DNA from: Spirochaetota bacterium
Lineage (GTDB): Bacteria; Spirochaetota; GWE2-31-10
NCBI GenBank assembly: GCA_022361115.1
Contig: JAKSBL010000286.1
Coordinates: forward strand, 1 to 43,475
Direction of reading: 5' to 3'
DNA length: 43,475 nt
Shown here: piece by piece, positions 1 to 8,817 of the stretch
Layout of the letters: each line of letters opens with the position of its first letter
Numbering within the stretch: position 1 is the stretch's first letter
Translations under genes and position numbers: made by a program
The notes under the pieces: model-generated
Told to the model about the DNA's origin: nothing
Databases searched by the model: none
What the model saw: the letters and a program-made list of their open reading frames with translations, nothing else

Positions 1-79
1 AACCTGGACTTGTGTATATGCTCATACTTCCAATGCCTCCTGGTATCCTGGTGCACCAGGCTTATGGTTTTGGGAATAA
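1..79 (+). CDS. 3' end of an upstream gene (truncated by window edge) ending in a CBM5/12-like chitin-binding module
   Basis: The frame starting at base 2 reads TWTCVYAHTSNASWYPGAPGLWFWE-TAA, identical to the C-terminus of the chitinase at 120..1997. Confidence 0.85.
   Translation, partial: TWTCVYAHTSNASWYPGAPGLWFWE
1..79 (+). repeat. 79-bp exact direct repeat, copy 1 (may extend left of the window)
   Basis: Base-by-base identical to 1919..1997; identity ends exactly at the TAA stop. Confidence 0.95.
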
Positions 80-119
80 TAAAATATAATATCAATTCAA
101 AGAAAAGGAGTAATCAATC

Positions 120-1997
120 ATGAAGTTAAAATATAGTTTTATCAGCACGATATTCATCTTATTAATGCTGTTTTCCTGTTCTTTTAACTCAACCAATGGA
201 AATAAAACAAACCAATCTGATAATCATACTAAAGGATTAGAGAATTTAAAGCAGTCTTCCAGAATGCCTGGTGGTTTTAAAGTTGTTGGTTATATGCCTT
301 CCTGGAGTGGAGATGTCAATCAAATTCAATATGATAAATTAACTCATATCAATTATGCTTTTATACTACCTACTGCTTCCGGGGGAATCCAAGCTGTGGA
401 AAATCCTGCAAAATTAGAATCCTTAGTTTCTCTGGCTCATGCCAGTGGAGTTAAAGTGCTCATTGCTGTTGGGGGATGGAATAATGGTAATGATAGTGCA
501 TTTGAAACTTTGGCAGCCAATGCACAAACACGAACAACTTTTGTTAATAATTTAATGAATTTTGTCCATACTTATAATTTAGATGGTGTTGATATGGATT
601 GGGAATATCCAGATCCAGGTAATTCTGCTACAAATTATGCTCTTTTGATGGATGAACTAGGCCAAAGTCTGCATAGCGAAGGAAAACTCTTAACCGCAGC
701 TGTTGTTGCTTTAGGCTATACAGGAGGCGGGGTTTTAACAGAAGTATTTGACGATGTGGATTTTTTAAACTTAATGGCTTATGATGGAGGAAATGGTGCA
801 GATCATTCTCCTTATAGTTATGCAGTTGAGTCTTTGAACTATTGGAAAGGAAGAGGATTACCTGCAAGTAAAGCTGTAATTGGTGTCCCTTTTTATGGAA
901 GACCAAGCTGGGAATCCTATCGAGCAATCGTTGCTAGAGATCCGGATGCACCAAATAAAGATATTTCTAATGGTGTTTATTACAATGGTATTGCAACAGT
1001 CAAAGCAAAAACCAATCTTGCTTTAGAGCAGGCTGGTGGAATAATGATGTGGGAGTTAAGCCAGGATACTACAGATCATACTTCACTGTTAACTGCCATG
1101 AGTGAAGCAATCCATGGCGGTAATATTTCTCCGGCAGTGAGTGTCACCAGCCCAGCTGATGGAGCACATTTTGCTGAGAATTCCAATATTACTATTACTG
1201 CTGATGCTAATGATAGTGACGGATCGATATCTCAAGTTGAGTTTTTTCAGGGCTCTGTTTTTCTAGGAGTGGATTATTCTGCACCTTATAGTGTAATCTG
1301 GAATAATGTGAGTGAAGGAACTTATACCATTTCAGCTGTTGCTACTGATAATGAAGGGGCTACTGGAACTTCCGGGATCATAACGATATATGTAGGGGAA
1401 TCCAACCCGGGGATACCTGCCTGGGATAGCTCAGAAACCTACTTAAAGGATGATGTAGTAACTCACAATGGCCGCAAATGGCGAGCCAGATGGTGGACCC
1501 AGGGTGAAGAACCTGGTACAACCGGTGAATGGGGTGTTTGGGAAGATCTGGGACCGATTGGTACCCCATCCAATAATCCTCCCAGTATCAGTATTGTCAG
1601 CCCTGCAAATGACAGCAGCTTTGCTGAAAATTCCAATATTACTATCGAAGCTAATGCCGGTGACAGTGATGGTACAATCAGTAGTGTTGAGTTTTTTCAA
1701 AATGGTAATTCTTTAGGCAGTACAACTTCCGCTCCCTATAGTATGACCTGGACTAATGTCGGAGCCGGATCATATACTCTTACTGCAGTAGCGACAGATG
1801 ATGATGGTGCTTCCACAACATCTGGTTCTATTTCTATAACAGTTGGTTCTAGCGGAACTGATACCTGGGCTCCTGGAGTCTATTATGAACTGGGTGATCA
1901 GGTGGTTTACGGCGGGAGAACCTGGACTTGTGTATATGCTCATACTTCCAATGCCTCCTGGTATCCTGGTGCACCAGGCTTATGGTTTTGGGAATAA
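120..1997 (+). CDS. GH18 chitinase lipoprotein: GH18 + Ig-like (Big) + CBM5/12 + Ig-like (Big) + CBM5/12-like
   Basis: Lipobox-like LLMLFSC; GH18 catalytic motif DGVDMDWEY (DxxDxDxE); LIAVGGW and MMWELSQD motifs; two homologous P.(V/I)S(V/I).SPA...DSDG.IS.VEFF..G Ig-like repeats; AWDSSETY...WRARWWTQGEEPG chitin-binding motif; AAGGAG RBS at ~105-110. Confidence 0.93.
   Translation: MKLKYSFISTIFILLMLFSCSFNSTNGNKTNQSDNHTKGLENLKQSSRMPGGFKVVGYMPSWSGDVNQIQYDKLTHINYAFILPTASGGIQAVENPAKLESLVSLAHASGVKVLIAVGGWNNGNDSAFETLAANAQTRTTFVNNLMNFVHTYNLDGVDMDWEYPDPGNSATNYALLMDELGQSLHSEGKLLTAAVVALGYTGGGVLTEVFDDVDFLNLMAYDGGNGADHSPYSYAVESLNYWKGRGLPASKAVIGVPFYGRPSWESYRAIVARDPDAPNKDISNGVYYNGIATVKAKTNLALEQAGGIMMWELSQDTTDHTSLLTAMSEAIHGGNISPAVSVTSPADGAHFAENSNITITADANDSDGSISQVEFFQGSVFLGVDYSAPYSVIWNNVSEGTYTISAVATDNEGATGTSGIITIYVGESNPGIPAWDSSETYLKDDVVTHNGRKWRARWWTQGEEPGTTGEWGVWEDLGPIGTPSNNPPSISIVSPANDSSFAENSNITIEANAGDSDGTISSVEFFQNGNSLGSTTSAPYSMTWTNVGAGSYTLTAVATDDDGASTTSGSISITVGSSGTDTWAPGVYYELGDQVVYGGRTWTCVYAHTSNASWYPGAPGLWFWE
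1919..1997 (+). repeat. 79-bp exact direct repeat, copy 2
   Basis: Identical to 1..79. Confidence 0.95.
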
Positions 1998-2022
1998 ATG
2001 AATAAAAAAGTAACTTAAAAAC

Positions 2023-2070
2023 AAAAGGAGGTTGCTTCATTGTTTTGAAAACACCTCCTTTTTTATTTTT
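2023..2070 (+). terminator. Intrinsic terminator after the chitinase
   Basis: AAAAGGAGGT (2023-2032) pairs with ACCTCCTTTT (2053-2062), followed by a T-rich tract. Confidence 0.8.
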
Positions 2071-2358
2071 ATGAAATCATTAAAAATAATATAAAAGACT
2101 GTGATTAGATTCTAATATTAAAAACTTTAGTCGTAACCAATAGCATAATTATCGCTCCAACTAGTAATAATAAATTAAATACAATATACAATTCATCACT
2201 AACCATGAAAAATATACCAGATAATGTGTACTCTGAAATTTAAAATCCTTTTGTAATATCAAAATTTAAATAAATTTTGCAAATAAATATCAAACTTTTA
2301 CTCCTCCTGTCATTTTTATAGCACTTTTTTTCATTAATATTTATAGAAGGGAGTATTA

Positions 2359-3954
2359 ATGAAAAAAATCACATTATTCATTAGTAAAAAGAGCCGGCAA
2401 ATCACCTTTCCAGTTTTATGTCTTCTCTTTTTAATGTTAATCAGTTTTGGGCATACAAAAAAAATTTTCATTTTTATTCCATTAATCCTCCTGATCTTGA
2501 TTTATGGGATTTGTATGACATGGATTACAAAAAAAACTAAGTTTCTCCTATTAGTTTTGCTATTGATTTTGATTCTTACAGCCTATTGGTTTCGCTTAGT
2601 CAGAATGGAAAAGCATTACCAATTCAGTAAGAAACAGGTTTTTAACAGCTCTATGGTATTTGGTCAAGTAATATCTTTTCCCCAAAGAAAAAAAATGAAT
2701 ACGCATTTTATGATGAAAGTGCTCGCTGTAAAAAAAGATACCAATACAGATTATCAAAGAATTGAACCTTTTCATATTTTAGTTAAAGGAAAAGAAATCC
2801 AGGTTGAAAAAGGGGATTATCTTTGTATTGAGAAAAACCTTTATCTCCCTGTGAAAAAAATTGGGAATTTTGGGTACCGGCAATATTTAAGAAACAAAAA
2901 TATTTATGCAATGGTTCAATTAAAAAATAATCAATATAGAAAGATTTTTAATAATAGTTATCAAAACATTGAATTAAAAACAGGAAATCAATTTAGAACC
3001 CAGATTATCAGCAAACTGCGAAGTCATTTAAGAGTTGAAGCCTACAGTTTTTTGCTTTCTATTTTTTTTGGAGAAAAGGGAGAGCTGGATAAAGATTTAT
3101 TTCTTGCCTATAAAAATACAGGCATGATTCATTTATTGGCGATTAGTGGCTTACATATTAGTTTTATTGGATTACTTTTTTTTAAGTTTTTTCATTTATT
3201 GTTGTCCAGAAGTAAATCCTTTATGCTTAGTTTACTGGTTTTATTTGGGTATCTCACCTGGATTCAGCCAGCAGCTTCGAACCAGCGAGCTTTTTTAATG
3301 TATGCAATTCAAGGGCTTTATTTACTTTTAAACAGAAAAACCACTGGTCTGACCGTTTTATCTTTTGCTGGTATTTGTCTTTTATTTTTTCGGCCCTTGT
3401 ACCTATTTGATCTGGGATTTCAGTTTTCTTTTTTAGCTACAGCAGGTATTTTGATATTTGCTCAACCCCTTCAGTATTATCTTGAGAAAAAAATGTGTCG
3501 GCTGAATTGGGGCATATTATATCCTTTAGTATTAAAAGCAATCAAAGGATTTAGTGTTAGCGGATCGGCTTTTGCTGCAATTGTTAGTTTACAATGGATT
3601 TACTTTCAGCAAATTCCCTTTTTCTCATTACTGAGTTCCCTAATAATGGTTCCGCTTTTTAGTATACTATTTACCTTCTTATTTTATCTTTTGCTATTGG
3701 TAATTTTTATACCCCATTGGTTTTTGTTTCAACTGATGGATTGGTCTGTCTTCATTTTTAATCAATGCATTTTACTTTTAGATCATATACCAGCTTGCCG
3801 GATGCCTTTACTTCCGCCTACAGTCAGTCTTTTAATATATATTTTTTTCCTAGTGAGTATCAGGTTTTGTTTAAAGTTAATTGATAAAATGGGTTCTAAT
3901 TTAAAGAAAAGAAAACTTGAGAGTCAATTAAATAATATTCGATTAAGATCATAA
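2359..3954 (+). CDS. comEC: ComEC/Rec2 family DNA uptake channel (no C-terminal metallo-beta-lactamase domain)
   Basis: TGMIHLLAISGLHI and DLGFQFSFLAT competence-domain motifs; N-terminal TM segments plus OB-like region with FGYRQYL; multiple TM helices. Confidence 0.9.
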   Translation: MKKITLFISKKSRQITFPVLCLLFLMLISFGHTKKIFIFIPLILLILIYGICMTWITKKTKFLLLVLLLILILTAYWFRLVRMEKHYQFSKKQVFNSSMVFGQVISFPQRKKMNTHFMMKVLAVKKDTNTDYQRIEPFHILVKGKEIQVEKGDYLCIEKNLYLPVKKIGNFGYRQYLRNKNIYAMVQLKNNQYRKIFNNSYQNIELKTGNQFRTQIISKLRSHLRVEAYSFLLSIFFGEKGELDKDLFLAYKNTGMIHLLAISGLHISFIGLLFFKFFHLLLSRSKSFMLSLLVLFGYLTWIQPAASNQRAFLMYAIQGLYLLLNRKTTGLTVLSFAGICLLFFRPLYLFDLGFQFSFLATAGILIFAQPLQYYLEKKMCRLNWGILYPLVLKAIKGFSVSGSAFAAIVSLQWIYFQQIPFFSLLSSLIMVPLFSILFTFLFYLLLLVIFIPHWFLFQLMDWSVFIFNQCILLLDHIPACRMPLLPPTVSLLIYIFFLVSIRFCLKLIDKMGSNLKKRKLESQLNNIRLRS

Positions 3955-4047
3955 ATACTAAGGATTTTTCATTTAATATGTTTTAAGAAGATTTAAAATA
4001 ACAGCATCATTTATGTATTTACTGATAACTGTGTTAATAGGATTTTT

Positions 4048-6129
4048 TTAATGGATAGACAAAGTATAAATATTAGAATTTAAATCTATAAAATAAAGTA
4101 CATTTCCTAATTTTAGTGGCGTACATATTAAAGGGTTATTTGATTGGTTTCCTGGTATTTTTAAAAATCTTGTCTCAGTTGTTTTTAAATCATATGAAAA
4201 TAACTTGCCTTTATCCGAGCAGTAATAAATGCTATTTTCAAATAAAACTGGTTTTTTAACAAGGTAATTGTTGGAGTCAGGATTTTTATCTACTTGGATA
4301 ATAAATTGGGGGAGATCAAATGAGTTGCTGTTTAATTTATAGAATACACCATCATTTCCAATGAAATAGCAAAATGGTTTATGATAAATGATTTCTGAGA
4401 CAACTCCTGCAGGTAATTTTAAAGTTATTGAATTCTGATCATTAAAAGTGGTATCAAAACGATAAATGTTTTCAATACTATCTGCAATGAAAATATAGTT
4501 ATTTGCAAATACAGGTTTCATAAATGCCCTATGCTTTAATGGTGTAGATTGATGGGTAACAATGTTTTTATTTAAATTGTACATTGCTAATTTTTTTGAA
4601 TTAATATTATAGAAGTATAAAATATTGGGTTTTGCTTTTGTAATATATAACTGTCCACTCGTATTAAATATATTATTTGTTTTTTCCAGGCTATTTCCCT
4701 TTAGTATGTATAGAATATCATTTGCTGGAATCAGCAAGCTATCATTGTGAATTTCTGGTTTAGCCCAGTATACAGGACCATCATTGATATTTAAAAGTTT
4801 TAATAATTTTCCTTGCTTAGAAATAATAAAAACATGATTTGAAGTGCTGATTATTAAATTTTTTTGATAGATAAGGGCCGGGGAAGTTAATTTAGAGATT
4901 AAGTGGTGAGTAAATTTCCAAAGTAATTTACCGCTCTTTATGTCAACAGCAGTTAGAGATTTATTAGAATCACTAGTGATATAAATATTATTATTATCAA
5001 TTGCTAAAGATGTTTCTTTTTCATCAAGTTGTAATTGAGGATTAAATGGCAATTTACGAATTATTACCTCTTTTTTTCCTTCCTCTTCATTGTTATGAGT
5101 ACTTTCTATTCTCTGATCAATTGTTTTTTCAGTATTACTATTTGAGACTTGTTTATTATTTTCATCTTTATCATGAGATAGTGGAATGATCAGAGCCTGA
5201 TAACTTTTTTTTAATTGAAAAAGCTTTTTATCCAATTCAGCCATAATCTTTTTTTGTGTATCGGGATCATTTTGATTAGAAAAGTCAATGTTTTTGATAA
5301 ATAGTATTGTTTCCTTTAGCATAATATCAAATTTTTTCACATCACTGCTATTAATAATGATGCTTTGATCCTTAGTTAAAACGACTTTCTCATTGATAAT
5401 TTTGTTAATCTGACTATAGAGATTTTTTTTTAATAGTTCTTTTTGTATAGATTGATCAAGATTAGGCTTTATCCAGATTTTTCCTTCTATTACAGTAATA
5501 GTTGTTTCATCTATTGATTTATTAACTTCAAATTCTGTTCCAATAACATTGATGATCAATTCAGTTGTTGTTATTTTAAATAATGAACCTTTGATAAGTT
5601 TAGCTAGTCTGACCTTAATCATTCCCTTTTTTAGATAAAATGAATTATTAATTATTTTTTTATTTTTTTTCAAACGATTAATTTTTATCTCTGACAGCTG
5701 ATTTAATTCCAACCTTGATTTTTTATCAATTTCTAATTGAATTTGTGAATCATTTTCAGTATAAACTGAAGTTTTTTCTTTGATAATATCGTCTTGATGT
5801 AGTAAATATTTTTTACCCTTTACTATTTTGTAAGCTTTACCATCGATTTTTATTACCTTACACATTGAATAAAATCGATGGTAAAGAAAGGTATTTCTGC
5901 CAATTAATAAACCAATAAGTAAAATAATAATAATTGTAAAACTGAAAACAAACTGGAAAACTAGTGTTTTTCGTTGTGCTTTCTCAGACTCATGATCAAA
6001 ACGTTTTGTCATATACTTCAGTTTTATTTTTAAATTTTCAGGCATTTCATCTAAAGCTGTCTGGTTATTTAAAAGAAAATCAAGAGTTTTATCATCTAAT
6101 TTATCAATCCAGTCTTTTTTTGAAATCAT
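4048..6129 (-). CDS. FecR-domain anti-sigma-like membrane protein with C-terminal PQQ/BamB-like beta-propeller
   Basis: Short N-terminal region, one TM helix (LVFQFVFSFTIIIILLIGLLIG), FecR-like segment (LKKG...VIGTEFEV...VIEGKI), then propeller repeats (LTAVDIKSGKLLWKF, GKLFSYDLKT); ATGA overlap with the ECF sigma gene. Confidence 0.75.
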   Translation of the reverse strand: MISKKDWIDKLDDKTLDFLLNNQTALDEMPENLKIKLKYMTKRFDHESEKAQRKTLVFQFVFSFTIIIILLIGLLIGRNTFLYHRFYSMCKVIKIDGKAYKIVKGKKYLLHQDDIIKEKTSVYTENDSQIQLEIDKKSRLELNQLSEIKINRLKKNKKIINNSFYLKKGMIKVRLAKLIKGSLFKITTTELIINVIGTEFEVNKSIDETTITVIEGKIWIKPNLDQSIQKELLKKNLYSQINKIINEKVVLTKDQSIIINSSDVKKFDIMLKETILFIKNIDFSNQNDPDTQKKIMAELDKKLFQLKKSYQALIIPLSHDKDENNKQVSNSNTEKTIDQRIESTHNNEEEGKKEVIIRKLPFNPQLQLDEKETSLAIDNNNIYITSDSNKSLTAVDIKSGKLLWKFTHHLISKLTSPALIYQKNLIISTSNHVFIISKQGKLLKLLNINDGPVYWAKPEIHNDSLLIPANDILYILKGNSLEKTNNIFNTSGQLYITKAKPNILYFYNINSKKLAMYNLNKNIVTHQSTPLKHRAFMKPVFANNYIFIADSIENIYRFDTTFNDQNSITLKLPAGVVSEIIYHKPFCYFIGNDGVFYKLNSNSFDLPQFIIQVDKNPDSNNYLVKKPVLFENSIYYCSDKGKLFSYDLKTTETRFLKIPGNQSNNPLICTPLKLGNVLYFIDLNSNIYTLSIH

Positions 6130-6692
6130 GAGAAAAAATCCCTATTATTTTTTTTTAGTTCAGTTTTAAGTTTTTTTCTGGCCTTAAATAATAAGCTTTC
6201 AACAGCAACAACTGATTTATTGATGATTTGAGCGATTTCTTTTTGTGATTTATGTTCTATATATTTTAATTTAATAACTTTTTTATACTGGTCATTAAGA
6301 TTTTCCAATGCCATATTGAGCATTAGTATTTTTTCCTTTAACATTAAATCATCCAAATGATCATTAGATAAGGTTTGCTGGCCATTGGATTTCTCAATGA
6401 TTATTTTTTCCTTATACTTTTTTCGAAGGTGATCATTAAACCGCCGGGAAGCAATTTGAAATATCCAGGCTTGTAGTCCTTTGATTTTTTTTAATTTTGG
6501 AGCTGATTTTAAAACAGAATAAAATGTCTCTGCTGATAATTCTTCTGCTGCATCCTGATCTCCATTTGTTTTAATTAAAAGATAATTATAAATTTTTTTT
6601 CCATATTCTTCATATATTTTCTGAAATATTATCGGATCACGTTTTTTGATTTTTTTTAGATCGTCATCTGCAAAAAAAATAATTATTATCAT
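6126..6692 (-). CDS. ECF-type RNA polymerase sigma-70 factor
   Basis: Region 2 (DAAEELSAETF...WIFQIASRRFNDHLRK) and region 4.2 (KSQKEIAQIINKSVVAVESLLFKARKKLK); 188 aa. Confidence 0.93.
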   Translation of the reverse strand: MIIIIFFADDDLKKIKKRDPIIFQKIYEEYGKKIYNYLLIKTNGDQDAAEELSAETFYSVLKSAPKLKKIKGLQAWIFQIASRRFNDHLRKKYKEKIIIEKSNGQQTLSNDHLDDLMLKEKILMLNMALENLNDQYKKVIKLKYIEHKSQKEIAQIINKSVVAVESLLFKARKKLKTELKKNNRDFFS

Positions 6693-7750
6693 TTTTTTGT
6701 ACTATTTCTTTTTATTTTTCTTTTGAAATGAATTATATACCCTAAATCAATGGTGATGCAATGAAAAAAAGTCTGTTTTGAAAAATCGAAATTACTCCAG
6801 TTAACTAATGCATAGCCAATTTTACAGGAAAAGCCTTTTATAAAAAAACCAGTTTTAAACCCAAATAACAATAAACCACCAATATCAAATAAAAATGCAA
6901 TCCTTTTATGTTTTAAATCGCCAAACATAAATTGCATAAGTAGTAAAGTACTACCATTTGAACCTATATCATTGTTATCACCCATGTTGCTAGAATGAAA
7001 TAAAATGAGAAATCCTGAAAAACCGGAACCAAAAGCAAAATAAGGAGTAAATCCATATAAATAACCGAAACTTCCTCCAAAGGCTCCACCATTTCCTTGA
7101 ATACCAGAATACTCATTTGTATAAGTATTATTTAGTTGATAAATTCTAGTATAACATCCCAGCAAAGAAATATTTAAAAAATGACGTTTCCAGTAAACCG
7201 GATGATCATTTTCTGACATTTTTAACCGCATCATTTCATCAAAATAGCTTTTATCTACCATCTTGATATTTTGATTCATTTTTTGAGCAATGTCTTTTGA
7301 GGATTCATCAACAACCCTGAAGACATCAATTCCTAGTTCACCTGTAACGGTACTTCCAGCAACAATCTGATTTTTGAAAATATCAATTGCAGAAATCGTA
7401 ATTAAAATATGATCCTCAATTATTGTATATTTACCAATCACTATAACATCAGATTTAAGTTCCATAGCAAGTTTTTGGGCTTTTTCTTCATTAATGAAAA
7501 TCTTCAATCCTAGTGTTTCTATTTTTTTATCTATAAGAGAAAAATCAGTATACAGATACTGGCCTGTATTGACTAATTGACTGCGAAGAGCATCCCTGAG
7601 TATTCCTGAGAGGTACTCATATTCTTTATTATCATTAACATTATAAAATGGTAAAATTAAAACGGTTCTTTTAACTAGATCATCTGAGTAAAGCTGAACT
7701 GAACCTAAAATAAAGATCAGAAAAATGATTATTATTAAATATGTTTTCAT
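6689..7750 (-). CDS. Exported protein with TolB-N/CsgG/FlgO-like domain and C-terminal Gly/aromatic-rich beta (outer-membrane-like) region
   Basis: Signal peptide; VLILPFYN...YLSGILRDALRSQL...LKSDVIVIGKY...ISAIDI pattern; C-terminal alternating hydrophobic strands ending IDLGYIIHF; ATGA overlap with the sigma gene. Confidence 0.6.
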   Translation of the reverse strand: MKTYLIIIIFLIFILGSVQLYSDDLVKRTVLILPFYNVNDNKEYEYLSGILRDALRSQLVNTGQYLYTDFSLIDKKIETLGLKIFINEEKAQKLAMELKSDVIVIGKYTIIEDHILITISAIDIFKNQIVAGSTVTGELGIDVFRVVDESSKDIAQKMNQNIKMVDKSYFDEMMRLKMSENDHPVYWKRHFLNISLLGCYTRIYQLNNTYTNEYSGIQGNGGAFGGSFGYLYGFTPYFAFGSGFSGFLILFHSSNMGDNNDIGSNGSTLLLMQFMFGDLKHKRIAFLFDIGGLLLFGFKTGFFIKGFSCKIGYALVNWSNFDFSKQTFFHCITIDLGYIIHFKRKIKRNSTKK

Positions 7751-7783
7751 GTAATCTTCCCCAAAAATACTTCTTACTTGATT

Positions 7784-7809
7784 AGTCGACTCGATTTATG
7801 AAATCTTGC
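7784..7809 (-). promoter_or_regulatory. Candidate ECF-dependent promoter, copy 1 (GCAAGATTT-N13-GACT)
   Basis: Minus strand reads GCAAGATTT CATAAATCGAGTC GACT, ending 33 nt before the ATG at 7750. Confidence 0.6.
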
Positions 7810-8048
7810 CTGTTTGCGTATAGTATTTATTTGATTTAGAATTTTAAAAAAGTACCAGTTCAATGTTAATCAGGAAAGCCATTAATAAGATTATAAAATA
7901 AATTTATTAAGTAGCAAGAGTATTAATTTTTTTAAACAATTCTCACTATTTATTTTTAAAATATCTAAAAATAAATAAAGGAATTCTATCTTTTAAAATA
8001 CCTCTTAATGCTATTGTTACGAACACATTCTAATTTTGGATAGTTAAT

Positions 8049-8618
8049 TTAATGTGGAAGAACAGGTAAAATAACTTCAGGCTCATATAATTTAATATTA
8101 AAATCGATTTCAAATGTAATTTTTTCAATTTCTGGTAAAGCACTTGTATTCGTAAGAACACCAATATATAAACCCCAAACATAACCTGGTATACGAGAAT
8201 AATTAAGAAGAAGAGTTCCATCACCTTCTAATGATAAATAGCACTGATTAGTTGTATAACTAATAGAAACTAATGGATCATGACCAACTGGAAAATTACC
8301 ATCTGTAATTGAATCAACAATAATCCAAATATCAAAAGATAAGGTTCGATGCTTAATTTGTATTTGTGTGTTTTCCTTATCAAGAATAGCAAATAAATTG
8401 GGCGTACAAAGATCATCTGGTTCATTATAATATACTTGTTCTGGTAAACCATTAAAAGAAATATGCATTTCACTATTGTTTTCAATACTACAAAGTGAGG
8501 ATTTCTCAGAATTTGGTATATCTTCAAGCTTATTACCAATAAAATCACAGTTTATCAATAACAAAGAAATAAAGAATAATAGCATCCAGGTCATTTTTTT
8601 GTAAATAATATTTATCAT
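8049..8618 (-). CDS. Hypothetical lipoprotein
   Basis: Hydrophobic N-terminus ending in LLINC; AGGAG RBS upstream; 189-aa ORF, no family recognised. Confidence 0.7.
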   Translation of the reverse strand: MINIIYKKMTWMLLFFISLLLINCDFIGNKLEDIPNSEKSSLCSIENNSEMHISFNGLPEQVYYNEPDDLCTPNLFAILDKENTQIQIKHRTLSFDIWIIVDSITDGNFPVGHDPLVSISYTTNQCYLSLEGDGTLLLNYSRIPGYVWGLYIGVLTNTSALPEIEKITFEIDFNIKLYEPEVILPVLPH

Positions 8619-8712
8619 TTTATAACTTCTCCTTGTTATAAGATTTTTTTAAAAATTTGACAGGAGTAAATAAAAAAATCTTTATAATTGGTTATTTGGC
8701 TGTTATTCACTA

Positions 8713-8738
8713 AGTCTGTTTAGTAAAAAAAATCTTGC
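8713..8738 (-). promoter_or_regulatory. Candidate ECF-dependent promoter, copy 2
   Basis: Minus strand reads GCAAGATTT TTTTTACTAAACA GACT, pointing into the gene starting at 8618. Confidence 0.55.
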
Positions 8739-8773
8739 TAATTTTTTTAAAAAATTTTAGCAAGATTTTTTTT
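8725..8773. repeat. 17-bp perfect inverted repeat with 15-bp AT spacer
   Basis: AAAAAAAATCTTGCTAA (8725-8741) / TTAGCAAGATTTTTTTT (8757-8773). Confidence 0.9.
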
Positions 8774-8785
8774 GTTTCTGCGACT
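8760..8785 (+). promoter_or_regulatory. Candidate ECF-dependent promoter, copy 3
   Basis: GCAAGATTT TTTTTGTTTCTGC GACT, ending 32 nt before the ATG at 8818 (AAGGAGG RBS in between). Confidence 0.6.
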
Positions 8786-8817
8786 TTCTTTTTATTAAAC
8801 TTCAAGGAGGTGTCTTT

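Noticed and set aside
628-2040. Short alternative-frame ORFs overlapping the chitinase (and similar ones inside pulA, tig, clpX, lon, the Na/Pi gene and glgP)
   Set aside because: They are shadows of well-supported genes, with no recognisable motifs.
120-3954. Chitinase next to comEC suggesting Vibrio-like chitin-induced competence
   Set aside because: A strong terminator and 360 bp separate them, and no shared regulatory motif was seen; adjacency alone is not evidence.
8657-8688. Perfect TTGACA and TATAAT hexamers upstream of the BNR gene
   Set aside because: The spacer is 20 nt, too long for a sigma-70 promoter.
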